DNA from: Candidatus Sericytochromatia bacterium
GTDB taxonomy: Bacteria > Cyanobacteriota > Sericytochromatia > S15B-MN24 > JAQBPE01
DNA: 64,000 nucleotides
Direction of reading: 5' to 3'
NCBI GenBank assembly: GCA_040400605.1
Contig: JBBAPZ010000001.1
Location: 59,981 to 123,980 of the forward strand
Positions 16,655-25,823 of the stretch are shown here, one piece after another. The position numbers and the translations under genes were made by a program. The number at the start of each line of letters is the position of its first letter. Within the stretch, counting starts at the first letter, position 1. Below the pieces are notes generated by a model. The model worked only from the letters and a program-made list of their open reading frames with translations. It ran no database searches and had not been told where the DNA came from.

Positions 16655-18355
16655 GTGCGCAACGTGGGACGAGCGTGGCGTTTGGTACCCCTACTGTGGG
16701 TCCTTGCGCGGATTGCTGGTTTTAACTGGTGGGGTCGCTCATCGCACAACGCGGGCGATCGCCTGGAACGCGATCGAAAACTTGCTTCGCAGTTGGTTCA
16801 GGCGGTTGTTGGTGTTGGTCCGCTGTTCATCAAGATTGGCCAGTTGCTCTCCACGCGCGTGGATTTGCTTCCTGCACCGTATCTGGACGCTTTTGCGGCT
16901 TTGCAGGACCGGGTGCCGCCGTTTCCGTCGACTGAGGCGATCGCCCGCATCGAACGCGAACTGGCTGCGCCGATTAGCACCTTGTTTGCCCATTTTGACC
17001 CGCTACCCGTGGCATCAGCCAGCCTGGCTCAAGTGTACAAGGCCCGCTTGCACTCCGGTGAAACCGTCGCGGTGAAGGTCCAAAGGCCGAACTTGAAAAT
17101 CGCCTTCGCGCGGGACTTAAAACTGATGCGATGGGGCATCCGCATCGCCGAGCGCTTCAGCCTCACCATCAGGCGCTTGGGGTTGTTGCCTTTGTTGGCT
17201 CATTTTGAAACGCGGATCTACCAGGAGCTTGACTATCGATTGGAAGCACGCAACGCCAGCCGGTTTGCGGCCTGTTTCAATGACCATCCGGATCTTGTTG
17301 TTCCGGATATTTTTGATGCGCTCAGCAGCGAACGGGTGCTGACCATGGCTTTCATGGACGGCGTCAAAGTCACCCAGCGCACCGCATTGAACGAGTGGGG
17401 GGTGAATATCCAATCCCTGACACGGCGTGCCGTTGTGCTATACCTGGAACAATTACTGGTGCACGGGTACTACCACGCCGATTTGCATCCCGGAAACGTG
17501 CTGGTGGATTCACAAGGGCGGCTGATTTTTCTTGATTTCGGCTTGATGGGTGAAATCAGCCCGGAACAACGCATGGCCATGATAACGGCTTTCTTGCATT
17601 TGCTCACAGGGGATGTCGCAGCCTTGCTGGTGGATATGCGCGCATTGGGATTTGTTGGTGACGGGCAAAGTGCCGAATGTTTGCGGGCACCTTTTGTCTG
17701 GATTACCGACACGTTGTTGGATCCAACGCATCGGCGCGTCAGCTTCAAGGCGCTGACCGAGCCACTGGCGGCCGCGTTTTACGCGGAAAAGCTGCAGGTG
17801 CCTCATCATTACGCATTGATCATTCGGACCTTGATTGCGCTGGAAGGCCTGGCCCTACAGCTCGATCAGGACTTCGACGCTTTCGATTCTGTCATGCCCT
17901 ATGTCGCGGGGTTGGTTTTGTCCAAGGCCGGTGCACCAGTGCGCGAACAGGTGCTGGCAGCCTTGATCAAGCCTTCGGGGATCCGCTGGCCGCTACTGTA
18001 TCAGATACTCGCGTTTGCAAAACGCGATCGCCGTTTTCGTCTTGGCTGGCAGGCACCAGACGTACTGGAATGGTTCTTTTCCGCTGAAGCCACCCCCTGG
18101 CGTAAGCGCGTCTTGAGCCTGCTGTTGGGCGAGGCACCCATCCCCTGGCAAGAACTGGAGCAACTGTTGGCAATGATCGAGGCCGAAGGCGATGTCGATC
18201 CCGTTGTACTCTTGGGTCCTTTTTTAACCCACCTTTTTCAGGGAGAAGGACAATGGATGCGCGAACGCCTGGTGTGGAAACTGGCCCGAGATGTGGCGGG
18301 GGGGCGGTGGGGCGATTGGTTCAATCTATATCGCGCCATGCAAAAGTTACTGTGA
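16655..18355 (+). CDS. ABC1/UbiB (AarF) atypical kinase
   Basis: GPLFIKIGQLLSTR, ASASLAQVY, VAVKVQRP, HADLHPGN, DFG. Confidence 0.92.
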   Translation: MRNVGRAWRLVPLLWVLARIAGFNWWGRSSHNAGDRLERDRKLASQLVQAVVGVGPLFIKIGQLLSTRVDLLPAPYLDAFAALQDRVPPFPSTEAIARIERELAAPISTLFAHFDPLPVASASLAQVYKARLHSGETVAVKVQRPNLKIAFARDLKLMRWGIRIAERFSLTIRRLGLLPLLAHFETRIYQELDYRLEARNASRFAACFNDHPDLVVPDIFDALSSERVLTMAFMDGVKVTQRTALNEWGVNIQSLTRRAVVLYLEQLLVHGYYHADLHPGNVLVDSQGRLIFLDFGLMGEISPEQRMAMITAFLHLLTGDVAALLVDMRALGFVGDGQSAECLRAPFVWITDTLLDPTHRRVSFKALTEPLAAAFYAEKLQVPHHYALIIRTLIALEGLALQLDQDFDAFDSVMPYVAGLVLSKAGAPVREQVLAALIKPSGIRWPLLYQILAFAKRDRRFRLGWQAPDVLEWFFSAEATPWRKRVLSLLLGEAPIPWQELEQLLAMIEAEGDVDPVVLLGPFLTHLFQGEGQWMRERLVWKLARDVAGGRWGDWFNLYRAMQKLL

Positions 18356-18952
18356 CACCGGTTTGAACAAGACATTCATCAAATACGCGTGCCACGCATC
18401 CAGTGGGTGTGGCTCGACCGAATGAGTGGACTGCCAGTCCCAGATGCTGTCACGATCATGACTGTCAGGCGATCGCACCGCCAGTGTGTGCGTGCCGGAT
18501 GATACCTGTGACAACACAGGGACACAAGCAGTGGCGTGCGCACCAACGGCTGCTGAGATTAAGCCGAGTTGATCCGCCACGTGGGCCGTTTGCGCGATCA
18601 ACAACGGTGCGGGCAAACCATCCCGATTAAGATGAGCAACCAACGCACGCCAGGCAAGCATCGCATCGATGGGCACCAAAGCGGTCTCCCAAGGGGGTAT
18701 CGCAAGCATCAAAACCCCACGTTTTATCAGCCAAGCAGCACTCTGCAGCAGCAAGGCATCGGGCACATTCGTGGCCATCAGCCACATCACGACCCGACAC
18801 GGCTGTGGTTCGGTTTGCTGCAGGACCACAAACTCGCCACGCGTGGTTTGAAGCGCCAGGCGGTGCCATCCGGTCTTAGCAGGGGTCAGGTGAATGCCAA
18901 GCAAAACAAGTCCCGTTGTGTCCCGGTTGAGACTCATTGGGTCAATCACCAC
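18347..18952 (-). CDS. Hypothetical protein
   Basis: 201-aa ORF starting 1 bp after the stop of the upstream gene, GGAGG RBS; no recognised domain. Confidence 0.55.
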   Translation of the reverse strand: MVIDPMSLNRDTTGLVLLGIHLTPAKTGWHRLALQTTRGEFVVLQQTEPQPCRVVMWLMATNVPDALLLQSAAWLIKRGVLMLAIPPWETALVPIDAMLAWRALVAHLNRDGLPAPLLIAQTAHVADQLGLISAAVGAHATACVPVLSQVSSGTHTLAVRSPDSHDRDSIWDWQSTHSVEPHPLDAWHAYLMNVLFKPVSQ

Positions 18953-18953
18953 G

Positions 18954-19760
18954 TCATTCCTCCGACAAACGCGTCAGGATGTCATTCAGTTTCTCATAGA
19001 TTGTTTGAAACTCGCCTTGTTGATCCTTGACCGCCAAGGCTTCTTTTAAAAAACGTTGCTCTTTGGGCGGGACATCCCATTCCCGTCCGCGATCGAAATA
19101 ACGCAATCGCAGGGGCGCTTCACAAAGCACAAAGGTACCAAGGCCCAAGGTCATCACCAAGTCATTTTCTGCGCGCAACCGCCCGACACGCACAATTGTG
19201 GCCGGATTCTCCGCGTCCGGCCAACGCGAACGTTGGGAACGAATCGGCGGCCGTTTGGGTATGGGTTTCGGTTTGGGAGGGGCCTTGGAACCCTCACCCT
19301 CCGTGCGGCGAATATGGCCCGAGCGCGCCAACATTTCGAAGCCGACGACCGCCATCAAATCGATGTAAGCCTGCTCGAAACCCCGCACATTGCGCTTGGC
19401 CATCAAACAGGAAATGGTATGTTGCAACTCACGGGTTGGAATCTGCGCCACGCTGCCACCGCGAAAATAGCAAATCGTTGGCGCCTCGGCATCCAGTAAA
19501 AATGCACCCAACCCAAGGGTCATCACCAAGGTTCGACCATCTGTTGCCGACCCCACTTTGACAATGGTCGCCGGATTGTGTTCATCCGGGTCCGGCGCCG
19601 GTGGCTGCGGCATCAAGGAAGGCCGCGGCTCACGCGGTTGCGCCGGTTCGACCGGACGCCCAGGCGAACGACCGAACAACCGACCCAGTTTGTCCATCAA
19701 CCCCTGACGGCCTGCCAACGTCGTTTTCCTCGGTTCTGGTGAGATTTCAGCAAGGGCCAT
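18954..19760 (-). CDS. Hypothetical protein with two copies of an unknown ~90-aa domain
   Basis: NPATIVKVG...LVMTLGLGAFLL...YFRGG and NPATIVRVG...LVMTLGLGTFVL...YFDRG separated by a Pro/Lys/Arg linker. Start uncertain (19760 or 19697). Confidence 0.75.
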   Translation of the reverse strand: MALAEISPEPRKTTLAGRQGLMDKLGRLFGRSPGRPVEPAQPREPRPSLMPQPPAPDPDEHNPATIVKVGSATDGRTLVMTLGLGAFLLDAEAPTICYFRGGSVAQIPTRELQHTISCLMAKRNVRGFEQAYIDLMAVVGFEMLARSGHIRRTEGEGSKAPPKPKPIPKRPPIRSQRSRWPDAENPATIVRVGRLRAENDLVMTLGLGTFVLCEAPLRLRYFDRGREWDVPPKEQRFLKEALAVKDQQGEFQTIYEKLNDILTRLSEE

Positions 19761-20261
19761 ATACCCGCAAAGCGCATCATTGTTGAAGAGTGAGCGCACG
19801 CTTTGAAAAATAGCCCGAACCAATGATCGCCTGTACCCGAAGCCCCCTGCAGCAATTTGCTCGAAAGACCCCGACGACGTCAAGGCTTGTGTTTAGGTGT
19901 TTCCCAACGCATCAAATCCGATGCGATACCAATCCTTTGTAGCACACGAATTAAGAAACCGATGTGACGAAGATTGCGGCAAAACGGGTGTCGAACCAGG
20001 CTGGCACGCCACCTCGAAGGTTTTAACCTAAATTTACTTGTGTTCGCACCGGTCAGTTGTGCTATAAAGAGCATAGCCTAACCAGGACGTATGACTTGTG
20101 CATTTTAGCCGTCTCGTCCTCGTGTTAGGTTTTTTTGTTTCAAACCGCTTCCTGTGACAGCGCTTGAAAAGTCGGAACTGTGTCTTGAGCCCGTAAATAA
20201 CTGGCAGTCATTACATAAACGCCACGCTGCGGTTCATATTCCAACCAACCTCAAACGTCCG

Positions 20262-21452
20262 CTAAAGCGTACTAGCGAAGAAGGTCTTTAGGCGTTGCTC
20301 GTAACCCATCGGATCAACCAGGCTGGATTCAGCGTGGGCTGCCTCCGGAACCTCCCACAAGGTCTTGGGTTGGCCGGCTTTATCGAACAAGCGTCTACTA
20401 TTGATGGGCGTTGTCTCGTTGTCTTTAAGACCGTGAACCAGGTAGAGCGGTCGCGGTGCGAGTTGTTCGACACTGCGGATGGGGTCGGCCTTGCCAAGAT
20501 CGCGTCCTGCACGCGCGGAAGCGACCCGAACAACGCTCCAGGCCACGTACTCGGGGGCGGCATAGTTGCGCAGTTGCGCGCGCGGGGCCACGGCACCGTG
20601 CAGTGAGTCAAACGAGCAATCAGACCAGACGGATTTAATTTCGGGGCGATCCGCCGCCAATCCGATCGCGACTGCAGCACCCATCGAAACCCCCATGACA
20701 CCAATCGATTGATTGCCACGCGCCTTGACCCAATCGAGCGCGATCGCTGCGTCACGCCGCTCATGCCACCCTAACGTCGTCAGCTTGCCCTCACTGTCAC
20801 CATGATAACGCGAGTCGTAAAAAAACATGTTGTAATCACGCAACCACTTCGCATACCGCACCATCATGCGATCCTTGTTGGACGTGTGGCCATGCAGCAT
20901 CAACAAGGCACGATTCGTTGGCGAAGTAGCCGGTATATACCAGCCGACCAGATTGACCCCGTCATGCCCCTTAAAACTGACAGGCTCATACGCCCAACCC
21001 TCTGCATCCGGCGTGCGCCGAAGTGCCTCAATGTTTTTGGGCGTCATCAAGTCGCGGGCACCGATGAAACCCGCATAAAGTCCGTAAGCCAGCAAACCGC
21101 CCCCCAGTGTACCAACCCCGATCAAACCCCAAGGCGTTGGCTGCGGGTTCAAAAACGCGTTGCCAAACTGCGCTTTTGCAAACTCGTCCTTAAAACTCTG
21201 AGCCGTGAACTGGTCAACCTCTGCTGGAATCGCGACGCGCGACGCATCAAAAGGTTCCGCAAAAATTCCACTTGGTTGCACCGGCACGGCTCGGGATGTG
21301 ATCGACGGATTAGGCTCAACCGCCCGCGCCACAATCCCACGCGCCGCCTGCGGTACCACCGGCACTTGCACAGGCGCTGCACGATGACACGCGGGCAAAC
21401 CAAGCGATGCCAACACCATGACGCGCCACATTTGCTGATTCAATCGACCCAC
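20262..21452 (-). CDS. Alpha/beta hydrolase, probable lipoprotein
   Basis: LPAC lipobox-like, HGH, RYHGDSEG, GVSMG nucleophile elbow, HGLKD, C-terminal His. Confidence 0.85.
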   Translation of the reverse strand: MGRLNQQMWRVMVLASLGLPACHRAAPVQVPVVPQAARGIVARAVEPNPSITSRAVPVQPSGIFAEPFDASRVAIPAEVDQFTAQSFKDEFAKAQFGNAFLNPQPTPWGLIGVGTLGGGLLAYGLYAGFIGARDLMTPKNIEALRRTPDAEGWAYEPVSFKGHDGVNLVGWYIPATSPTNRALLMLHGHTSNKDRMMVRYAKWLRDYNMFFYDSRYHGDSEGKLTTLGWHERRDAAIALDWVKARGNQSIGVMGVSMGAAVAIGLAADRPEIKSVWSDCSFDSLHGAVAPRAQLRNYAAPEYVAWSVVRVASARAGRDLGKADPIRSVEQLAPRPLYLVHGLKDNETTPINSRRLFDKAGQPKTLWEVPEAAHAESSLVDPMGYEQRLKTFFASTL

Positions 21453-21735
21453 CGCATCAAACCCTCCACATACCCCTATCGGTCATCACGCTACCATCAC
21501 CTATCTCACCCCCACGACCATTTCTCGGTTATCTTTAATTTAATTTTCAGTTAATCTTAGATAGTGAGCATGGCGAGCAAGCACAATCCGCGGTTCAAAA
21601 TCAATCGTTTCGCGACAAGTCCGGGTTGTTTGCAGTTGAGACACTGTGCATCCCGGCTGCTATTCGGTTATGTTGAATAATAAGACAGCGGTAACTTGGG
21701 AGCAGCAAGCCAAAGCTGACCCTGTTACAATTCAC

Positions 21736-21923
21736 GCCGTCTGCACGGTCAAAATCGCTAACACCTGGATATCAGCCGGTGGGTGGCGCGAGAGGTGGGT
21801 TCCTGTTCGCCCGCAGCTTGCGAGGACGGATGGGATACCGTCGGTGACGGGACCTACCCCAGGCAACCATTTTGTAAGCGTGATGCATCTTGTCTGTTGA
21901 GATGCTGGTCGGACTGGTGCGGC
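21736..21923 (+). ncRNA. Candidate structured non-coding RNA (~190 nt, possibly 6S-like)
   Basis: Extended -10 TGTTACAAT at 21723-21731; helix GGTGGGTTCCTGT/ACGGGACCTACC with G-U pairs capped by two hairpins; no credible ORF. Confidence 0.45.
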
Positions 21924-22062
21924 GCCAACCATCCGTATCTCTGGCGCTTGCTTCTGTTCATTGACTGACAGCGTGTCAGACGTCTTGCCTGACACCCTTG
22001 CAGGCTGTTGGGCGCCCGGTGTTGGGATGCGTTTGCGTCAATGACGGTTTGACGTCATCACC

Positions 22063-24540
22063 TTAGCCGACTTCGAGAAAAGACAGGTTGGCACGGAAGT
22101 ATCGGAACAAGTCGGATTTGAGTAGTGGGCGCGTATCGAGGGAGGGATCGGCTTCAATTAATTGTTTGGCGATCGCACGGGCTTTTTCGAGCAACACCGT
22201 GTCTTTGACCAAATCCGCTGCGCGCAAATCGGGCAGGCCGCTCTGGCGCGTGCCCCAAAACTCCCCCGGGCCACGCATTGCAAGGTCCTGCTCCGCAATC
22301 ACGAAACCATCCTGGGTCGCTTCCATGATCTCCAGGCGTTGCCTGGTTGTCTCGGAACGGTTCTCGGAGAACAGATAGCAATACGACGCCCACGGACCGC
22401 GGCCTACCCGTCCGCGCAACTGATGCAATTGCGCCAGTCCAAACCGTTCCGCATTTTCAATGACCATCACCGATGCGTTTGGAACATCCACGCCCACCTC
22501 AATGACGGTCGTGCTGACAAGCACCTGCGTCTCACGTGTTCGGAAGGCGTCCATCACCGCATCTTTTTCATCACTTTTCATCTGACCATGAAGCAAAGCA
22601 ACCTGAAATTCCGGAAAGACCTCTCGCGACAGCCGTTCGTGTTCTTCAACCGCTGATTTGACGTTTTCAAGATCCTCTGACCCTTCGATCAAAGGATAAA
22701 CCACGTAACATTGGCGCCCCTCGGCCAGTTGTGTACGGATGTGCGACCAGGTCTCGTTTTGTTGTTTGTTGGTGCGGGCCCAGATGGTTTTGACCGGTTT
22801 GCGGCCCGGGGGTAACTCGTCGATGATCGACACGTCCAGATCCCCATGAACCGTCAGTGACAGTGTCCGCGGGATGGGCGTGGCTGTCATGACCAACACC
22901 TCCGGTTGTTCGCCCTTGTTGCGTAAACTGGCCCGTTGTTTGACCCCGAAGCGGTGCTGTTCGTCGATGACAACCAATCCCAAGCGCGCGAAGTCAACAC
23001 CATCCGAGATCAGTGCGTGCGTACCGATCAACAAATGAATGTCCTGGTTGGCAAGGCCTGCCAAGATGCGCGTGCGTTCCTTTTTGGGCGTGCGCCCAGT
23101 CAGCAAGGCTGCTTCAACGCCAATCAATGACAGCCATTCCGCCATTTTACGGTAGTGTTGCTCTGCCAAGATCTCAGTTGGCGCCATCAACGCACCCTGG
23201 TAACCATTATCGATGGCAACCATCAAGGACAACAACGCCACCACCGTTTTACCGCAACCGACATCCCCTTGAACGAGACGGTTCATCGGATTCGGCGCCG
23301 CCATATCCGCTTGAATCTCAAGTAAGACACGCTCTTGCGCCTGGGTGAGCCGAAAAGGCAATAACTCTTTAAGCCGCAATACCCGTTCTCCCACCGTGGG
23401 CAGCCGCAATGCCTCACAGCGTGCCTGCGCCTGCGCCCGCTTGTAGGCCAATCCCAATTGCATCCACAGCAATTCATCAAAAGCCAGTCGGGTACGCGCC
23501 AGATCTTTCAGCTCCAAACTGGTGGGAAAATGAATCAGCTCCAAGGCTTGCCGCAGAGGAACCAACTGCAAAGTCTCCCGGGTCGCAGCAGGCAAAGCGT
23601 CCCGCACCAACGGCAAAAAGCGATCCAGCGCGCCACGCAACGCCTGACGCACACTATTCGCGCTCAGCCCCTCCGTGAGATCATAAACGGGCACCAAACG
23701 CCCCACATGCAAAGACGTGCCGCCCGATTCGTCCAACCCGCCCAATACTTCTGTCGCTGGACGGTCAAACACGATGCGCCCTGAAAAACTGTCGCGTTTG
23801 GGTTCGCCACTCAACAGCACCGACTGGCCCACCGGAAAGCGCGCCTTTTGGCGATCCAGCGCCACCTTGTTTCCCCGCTTGCCAAACCAGCGCGCTGCAA
23901 CCGTTCCAGTGCCATCCGTCAACCAAACGGTTAAAATGCTCATTTGGGCTTGACGGGGCGGGTTATACGCATCCACACGTTTGATCGTGCCCCAGATGGT
24001 GACCCGCACACCTGCGCGAAGGTCACGAATGCGCACCCGTTGGCTGAAATCCAGGTAGGTTCGTGGATAATAACGCAACAAATCATCCACCGTGCGCACA
24101 TTCAGGCGTGCCAGACGTTCGGCCGTCTTTGGGCCCACGCCTGCGATCGCACCACCTGAACCCTTGCTGATGGCAAGTGGGCGATCGCGCCAATCCATGA
24201 CGTCATCACGCGCAGGCTCATCCGTTTCGGAACTTGCCACCGTCAGCGACGCGATCCGTTCATTGAGCCACAAGTGCAAGGCTTGCACCGCTGCTGCGCG
24301 TTCAGTCAGATTCAGGCTGCCGTATACGCGAAACTGCAACAGCAAGGACTCGGCACCGGGTAGGCCTCCTTGGAGCGCTTTTCCGAGTTCAGCAATCACA
24401 AAATCAGCGAAATGCGCCTGCTTGCCCTTTAGATTGGGGTAATGATGCCGGGCTTCGATACTCAGCGCGCGACGAAGGGTCTCATAATCAGGCGACGGTT
24501 GCGCAGGCAGCTTCGGCAACGCGACCGCTTTCTTTCGCAA
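22063..24540 (-). CDS. recG: ATP-dependent DNA helicase RecG
   Basis: QGDVGCGKT, DEQH, TATPIPRT, QLRGRVGRG; cyanobacterial-type N-terminal extension. Start overlaps the mnmA 3' end and is uncertain. Confidence 0.95.
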   Translation of the reverse strand: MRKKAVALPKLPAQPSPDYETLRRALSIEARHHYPNLKGKQAHFADFVIAELGKALQGGLPGAESLLLQFRVYGSLNLTERAAAVQALHLWLNERIASLTVASSETDEPARDDVMDWRDRPLAISKGSGGAIAGVGPKTAERLARLNVRTVDDLLRYYPRTYLDFSQRVRIRDLRAGVRVTIWGTIKRVDAYNPPRQAQMSILTVWLTDGTGTVAARWFGKRGNKVALDRQKARFPVGQSVLLSGEPKRDSFSGRIVFDRPATEVLGGLDESGGTSLHVGRLVPVYDLTEGLSANSVRQALRGALDRFLPLVRDALPAATRETLQLVPLRQALELIHFPTSLELKDLARTRLAFDELLWMQLGLAYKRAQAQARCEALRLPTVGERVLRLKELLPFRLTQAQERVLLEIQADMAAPNPMNRLVQGDVGCGKTVVALLSLMVAIDNGYQGALMAPTEILAEQHYRKMAEWLSLIGVEAALLTGRTPKKERTRILAGLANQDIHLLIGTHALISDGVDFARLGLVVIDEQHRFGVKQRASLRNKGEQPEVLVMTATPIPRTLSLTVHGDLDVSIIDELPPGRKPVKTIWARTNKQQNETWSHIRTQLAEGRQCYVVYPLIEGSEDLENVKSAVEEHERLSREVFPEFQVALLHGQMKSDEKDAVMDAFRTRETQVLVSTTVIEVGVDVPNASVMVIENAERFGLAQLHQLRGRVGRGPWASYCYLFSENRSETTRQRLEIMEATQDGFVIAEQDLAMRGPGEFWGTRQSGLPDLRAADLVKDTVLLEKARAIAKQLIEADPSLDTRPLLKSDLFRYFRANLSFLEVG

Positions 24541-25597
24541 TCAACCCCCCACCCAATACCAGATCATCACGATACATCACCGCGACCTGCCCGGGTGTGA
24601 TGGCATGCTGCGGTTCAAAAAAACGAACCAAGACACGATCGGGCGAATGACCACCCTCATCCTGCAATGCTTCAACAATGGCGCGCGCGGCCCGCGACTT
24701 GTAGCGAATCTTGACCTCGGCTTCGATCGGTTCGTCGGGCCGCGCAATCGACACCCAATTCACGTTGTTAACCACCAACGTCGTGCCCATGGTGGCTTCA
24801 CGCGGTCCGACAATCACCCGGTTGTTGTCCGGATCGATACGAATCACATACAGGGGCGCTGCGTGGGCGATGCCGAGCCCGCGTCGCTGTCCAACGGTAT
24901 AGTTGACGATGCCTTCGTGACGCCCTAACACGTGGCCGTTGAGATCGACAATATCGCCTGGAACGATCCTTGAACCCAATTGCTCACGCAAAAAGCCTTG
25001 CGGATCCTCGCTGAAACACAAATCCTGGCTTTCCGGTTTTTCCGCCACAACAAAACCCAGGTCCCGGGCGATCGCCCGAACGGCAGGCTTTTCCATCTCC
25101 CCAACCGGGAAAATGCACCGCGCCAACTGCGCCTGCTTCAACCCGTAGAGCATGTACGTCTGATCCTTGTTGTGATCCAGCGCCATCCGCAACTCATAAC
25201 GGCCAGATGCCTCACTAAAATTCACCCGCGCATAATGGCCCGTCGCGACGTGCTCCACCCCGAATTTGTGTTGCGCCATCTCAAACAATTCCAAAAACTT
25301 GAAATCACTGTTGCAAATGGCACAGGGATTGGGCGTCAAACCTTGCAGATACGATTCCGTGAAATTATCGACCACCTTCTTCTGAAAGGTCTCAACAAAG
25401 TCAAAGCGATGAAAGGGTATCGCCAATTGTTCGGCCACATCTTTGGCATCACGCATCGCCTCATTGTTGCAACAACGCGAATTTGGCCAGATAACCATCG
25501 AAATGCCGACAGCTTCATAACCATCTTGGCTCAACAAATACGCGGCAACGCTGCTGTCGACACCGCCACTCATCGCCATCGCTACCCGTTTAGTCAT
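24488..25597 (-). CDS. mnmA: tRNA 2-thiouridylase
   Basis: AMSGGVDSS, TPNPCAICN, ATGHYAR, KDQTY, ESQDLCF, TPGQ. Confidence 0.95.
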   Translation of the reverse strand: MTKRVAMAMSGGVDSSVAAYLLSQDGYEAVGISMVIWPNSRCCNNEAMRDAKDVAEQLAIPFHRFDFVETFQKKVVDNFTESYLQGLTPNPCAICNSDFKFLELFEMAQHKFGVEHVATGHYARVNFSEASGRYELRMALDHNKDQTYMLYGLKQAQLARCIFPVGEMEKPAVRAIARDLGFVVAEKPESQDLCFSEDPQGFLREQLGSRIVPGDIVDLNGHVLGRHEGIVNYTVGQRRGLGIAHAAPLYVIRIDPDNNRVIVGPREATMGTTLVVNNVNWVSIARPDEPIEAEVKIRYKSRAARAIVEALQDEGGHSPDRVLVRFFEPQHAITPGQVAVMYRDDLVLGGGLIAKESGRVAEAACATVA

Positions 25598-25823
25598 GAA
25601 TGCGAACCCCTTCTGCTTGGCTTGACGCCACACGATTGATCAATCTTAACGTGGATCGTGCCGGATGAAAAGCCTCCCAAATGCAGCAGTGGTGCCCAAA
25701 AAGCCCCTTAACCAGCGTCGTCGACGGGTGGGGTTCCAACCCTTGCAAAAGTGCCCTTGGCACGGTGTGTCTTCGCGATCGGCTGACCGGAACCTCGATG
25801 CACGCATTGCCACACCAAGTCGG

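Noticed and set aside
21790..21868. SAM-I or ZTP riboswitch resemblance (GAGAGGTGG...GGCAACC)
   Set aside because: Other conserved core elements are missing and no plus-strand gene lies downstream.
21646..21995. Small ORFs in the hydrolase-recG gap
   Set aside because: No RBS or protein-like features; the region is better explained as structured RNA.
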